Shown: piece after piece, positions 59,766 to 64,000 of the stretch
How the letters are laid out: every line of letters starts with the position of its first letter
Position numbering within the stretch: position 1 is the first letter of the stretch
Assembly (NCBI RefSeq): GCF_009914755.1
Contig: NC_060925.1
Reading direction: 5' to 3' (one strand)
Length of the DNA stretch: 64,000 bases
From: the human T2T-CHM13v2.0 reference genome, Homo sapiens
The notes under the pieces: model-generated
Databases searched by the model: none
Told to the model about the DNA's origin: nothing
What the model saw: only the letters and a program-made list of their open reading frames with translations
Translations under genes and position numbers: made by a program

Positions 59766-61064
59766 TTTTTGTTGGGGAAAGGAAACACTGGTGTAAAGAA
59801 TTATTCTGAAATAAGGGATGTTGAATTTCATTTCCTCCTAGTTAGAACCACACAGGTTCTTCTTCGCTCAGCTCTGTATGTTCCACCTGGCGGGATAGGA
59901 TGTCTTCAGTCCCCTCTGTCTCTGCCAATTATGGGTGGTTATACTTGGTTCTAGAGCTCATCCTGATTAAGCAAGGAAGTCTGTAGGCAGCAGGATGTCC
60001 CCGATAGTGAGACCTGGAATTAGTATTTGGTGCTTCTAGAGTAAGTCTTGGACATTTTCATGTCAACTAGACACACATTTCTCCTAATCAGTGTTTGTTC
60101 AGTGCACACAACTGGATAGCCATGTCACTTCCCTCGACAGCCCAGGAGCTCCTTTCCATTTTCTGAAGCTGAGTAGATTAGGTTGCATCCATGACATGCA
60201 CTTGGGTTTTCCAGCCCCCATGACATTTCCTATATATCTGGACTTCTGCTCCAAACTAGACCAACTGCTCTCCCACTTAACTCCAACGACTGCCATTTTG
60301 TTACAACTCTTGCTACAATGATCCATCTGCTGAATCTATTCCTTGGGGTCCACAGCCCTATGAAAACAGGTTTGCCTCTAAAGAGCCAGACTCACACAGC
60401 TCAGTGAATTTTACTAATTTGGTTTCTGCTTCCAGCCCAAATTATTAGTCCCATCATGTCTTGAAGCTGTACTACCTTTAGTTAATGATGATGACTTCCT
60501 TTGCCCCTTTTCACCCCAAAGTTATTTCCCCTAGAAAAAGTAGTTAACATCATATCTGATCATCAGAGATCAACCCAAAATTCTTGCAACATGCACTGTT
60601 TCAAAGTAATTTACATAAAAGAAGAAAATAGTGTCTCATTACTATACTAATTCAGGTCTTATATGAAGAAATTAGGTTGACATCCAACTTTTGATGTATC
60701 CTTTCAGCCCAGATCTCTCTTGTAAGTTTCATATCCATATATCTAACTTAGATCTATCTACCTGGATGTATATCATGTATCAAACTCAGCATATCACACA
60801 CTGAAACTCATACTTTTCACTTGTGTCCTTCCCTACTTCTTTCTCTAATGACAGTAGCTTTTTATAGTTCAATAATCCAGTCTCTTGCCTAGCCTGACCT
60901 TGACCTGTGAAAAAAACAGCTAGCTCCTGCATGAAAAATAAAATACAGAGCATAAAACCTTTTACAGATTGAAAATAATGGGCCCACGTTGGATAAATTA
61001 TTTTTTTGCTAACTACAATAGCAGTGTTTTAAACACTCAGCTAAAAAGTGTGCCATGTGGCAAA

Positions 61065-61320
61065 TAATAAATAAAACAATATTTATTTTAACAAATATTT
61101 ACTATATGCTAGGCACTGTTCTAAGAGTTTTGTAAGTATTAATTCACTTAACACACATAATATTTTTATGAGGTAGTTAGTGTAACTATATTTTTCAAAT
61201 GAGGATAATGATTCACAGAGAGTTCAGAAACTAGTATAAGGTCACAGAACCAGGATTTGAGCCAGGTAGTTTGCTTCCAGAACCCAGGCGCTCAGCTACT
61301 GCACTGTGCTACTTCTCCAT
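61065..61320 (-). mobile_element. MIR
   Basis: TACTATATGCTAGGCACTGTTCTAAG...AAGGTCACAG...CAGGATTTGAGCCAGG. Confidence 0.75.
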
Positions 61321-61783
61321 GTGTGGTGTAGAAACATGGGGAAAATATTTGTCATGGCAAAATTTTATTTGTTACTTTTGGCATTATTTACAAGTATAAA
61401 ATATTATTCATACATTATAATACCAGTCATGTAGAGTAGCTGGGTAGAGAAGTTATTATCATTGCAGAAACTACATATTGCAGAAATAATGTCTTTATAG
61501 AAGAGGGACTTCGCTTTTTCTATTCATATGTAAGAGACATACAAGTGCTACTAGTGCACACTATTAACTTTACTCAAAAGGCTAACTACAGGATATCTTC
61601 TAAGAGGAATTTTGTCTACTGTATTTCTCTGGCGCACATGGACTCAATACCTCATTGCTTTTCACTTGTGATGATGTCTTTTTTTTATTGCTCTACATCA
61701 TCTATCCATTGAGGATGTTGCTTGATATGTGTCCTCTGCAAGTATATAGCAAGATTCTCAAAGCCAAGAGAAGTATCTTGTAA

Positions 61784-62083
61784 TTTTTTTTTTTTTTTTT
61801 AGATGGAGTCTCGCTTTGTCACCAGGCTGGAGTGCAGTGGTGCGATCTCGGCTCACTCACTGCAACCTCCAACTCCCTGGTTCAAGCGATTCTCCTGCCT
61901 CAGCCTCCCAAGTACCTGGGATTACAGGCATGCACCACCACACCCAGCTGATTTTTGTATTTTTAGTAGAGACGGGGTTTCATCATGTTGGCCAGGATGG
62001 CCTCGATCTCTTGACCTCGTGTTCTGCCTGCCTCGGCCTCCCAAAGTGCTGGGATTACAGGCGTGAGCCACCGCATCTGGTCC
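61784..62083 (-). mobile_element. AluSc
   Basis: GATCTCTTGACCTCGTG diagnostic; TSD GAGAAGTATCTTGTA. Confidence 0.94.
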
Positions 62084-62856
62084 GAGAAGTATCTTGTATT
62101 TATATATTGCAATGAGACTTCTCTCTCACGTCTTCACACTAAAGCATCATATCCCTCCAGTTCTGAATTTCTCTTGAGCTTCACAATGTTCTTCTGAGCA
62201 CTGAAGCAATATAATTTAACTATAATTTATAAAGCTGAATAAAGCGGTACATATATAATGCCCAGCAGCAGGTACCTCAAGCTTTACATATCTCAAAACT
62301 CAAAGTATTTTTTTCCGTCAAATCTGTGCCTCCTCAATATTTTCACCTTCAGTAGCAGAAGTTTTTCACCCATGACTTTTCTTTCCCATTCACCAAATTT
62401 TAAAATTCCTCCATCACAAATGCCTCTTCTGCCACCTCTTTTTAATTTCCACTAGTCCTGACCATGTGCAGGTCATAATTATCTGCCTCTTAGACCACTG
62501 CAGTAGTCTTCTAATAGATTGCTCTGAATCCAATTTCTAATTAGTAGAATCCATCCTTTGTATTCCTCCCCATGATACATTTCCAAATATTGCTATGATG
62601 TACTTATTCAATCAAAAAAATTTGGACAGAATATAGTCCAAATTCTTTACCATGGCATTCAAGGCTCTCCAAAAACTGGCCTTGGATTCCTAGCTGGCTA
62701 GCTCATTGAGGTTAGGAGTATGTTTCTTAAAATATCTGGATAGAGCAGCAAGTTCTGTGTGTCTCTGTAGATGTGTGTATATTTATGTACACACATTTGT
62801 TTTATTGATGGAATCATTAACATTACTCTCATGCATCATGATTGCTTAGCTGGAAA

Positions 62857-63327
62857 TGTTGTCAAATAAAAAACAGGGCCAGACAGTAGTTGAAGTGGCA
62901 AAAACACTGTAGTCAGGAACTACTGCAATAAGAGAAAAGAGACCTCAATACAGAGCTGGGCTCAATTCCAATTACAGCATGGACAAGTGGGGATTTAAAG
63001 CCAAGGGGGCGTCAGGTCAAGTGGATGGAAACTTACTGATAGGGAACATCACGGGTGGGAGGGTTCTGATTAAGCAGGCCTAATAGGATTCTTGCTGAAG
63101 CCAGGCCAGGGTGGTCAGATACCAATGATAGAAAATGAAGAATTTGATCAGGTATCGACGGTAATCAGGTATGAAGGGTTGGGGGTTCTCTCTCAACAGC
63201 CGTAGCGAGACCTTTGCTACAACTCGGTGATCCAGGGTCCACAGGATTGGAAGCCAAGGTCAAGGCCTAGTCGGAAAGAAGGCTTAGATGAGCCTGACCA
63301 AAGTTCAGCCAAGGAGAGTTTTTGCCA
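62857..63327 (-). mobile_element. MER31-like ERV1 solo LTR
   Basis: Minus strand begins TGGCAAAAACTCTCCTTGGCTGAACTTTGGTCAGGCTC...GACTAGGCCTTGACCTTGG. Confidence 0.75.
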
Positions 63328-63719
63328 GTGTATTCACACTCCGTGTGTGTGTGGTGTGTCTGTCTCAGTACTACTGTAATTGATGAGGCAGGGGCTCCCT
63401 GGCCATCCCAGCAGTGTCACCATCTTTTGGGTAGAACAGCAGACACAGAGATGGCCCACTGTGGACAGTTAACTAACTGGCTCTGTTTAGCATGGGAAAG
63501 GAAGGAGAGTCCTGATTTTCTTTCAATATTCCTCAGGTATATTGATCTGACCCCCAAGTTACATAAGATCTGCAGTGATAAAACCATTACCCAAAAAACT
63601 CACTGTCTTTTACCACTTATATCCTCAGCATTATCATCAATTGTCTTAATACAAGGTTGGTGGCAAAAAACGGCTCACAAGTATGCATACAAAGGGGCCA
63701 AACACATTGAGCAGCAAAA

Positions 63720-64000
63720 CCCCCAAAGCAGACACCGCCCGAGACCCGCTGGAGCGCTTCCGCAAATCTCGCGAGATAGCAGGCAGCGATGCCTTTTGCT
63801 CCGGTTTCTCGTGAGACCCCGGGGCTTCAGCTTTTCGTTTGCGGAGCCCGCGGCGGCGTTTCCTGGGGCAACAGCAATGGCGGCCTCGCTGTCCGAGCGG
63901 CTCTTCTCGCTGGAGCTGCTGGTGGACTGGGTGCGTTTGGAAGCCCGGCTGCTGCCGTCCCCCGCTGCCGCAGTGGAGCAGGAGGAGGAAGAGGAGGAAA
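63720..64000 (+). promoter_or_regulatory. MAP10: CpG island / promoter of MAP10 (continues past window end)
   Basis: Abrupt rise in GC and CpG content; TCTCGCGAGA at 63767-63776, TCTCGTGAGA at 63807-63816, X-box-like GTTTCCTGGGGCAAC at 63858-63872. Confidence 0.85.
63877..64000 (+). CDS. MAP10: Microtubule-associated protein 10 (KIAA1383/MTR120), N-terminal 41 codons, truncated by window end
   Basis: ATG in strong Kozak context (GCAATGG) translating MAASLSERLFSLELLVDWVRLEARLLPSPAAAVEQEEEEEE, recognised as the MAP10 N-terminus; absent from the ORF track because no stop lies in the window. Confidence 0.9.
   Translation, partial: MAASLSERLFSLELLVDWVRLEARLLPSPAAAVEQEEEEEE

Overview
Human/primate genomic DNA, almost all intergenic and rich in repeats. 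The window ends in the CpG-island promoter and first 41 codons of MAP10 (KIAA1383, chr1q42.2), recognised from MAASLSERLFSLELLVDWVRLEARLLPSPAAAVEQEEEEEE. Upstream are about 25 Alu/FLAM copies, many solo LTRs (THE1B, two LTR10, LTR16, MLT1, MST, LTR26-like, LTR1, MER4D, MER67-like, MER31), an ERVL internal remnant, Tigger/MER58/MER5 DNA transposons, an L1PA 3' fragment and MIR/L2 relics. The standout feature is a ~6.8 kb degenerate array of a 22-24 bp unit (TGGCTATGTTACTCCCCCATATC, ~295 copies) at 13.1-19.9 kb. It has higher-order structure, and its unit junction is a CArG-like 10-mer with at least 7 perfect CArG boxes. Other notable items: a perfect 20/20 p53 element in an LTR10 pointing at the array; a ~170 bp locally templated insertion inside an MLT1 LTR; an AluSp+L1PA composite inside one TSD pair; a 142-codon in-frame open extension upstream of the MAP10 ATG; and tandem TCTCGCGAGA motifs plus an RFX X-box at the MAP10 promoter. 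Repeat family names come from memory of consensus sequences, not from a search. Boundaries without a stated TSD are approximate.
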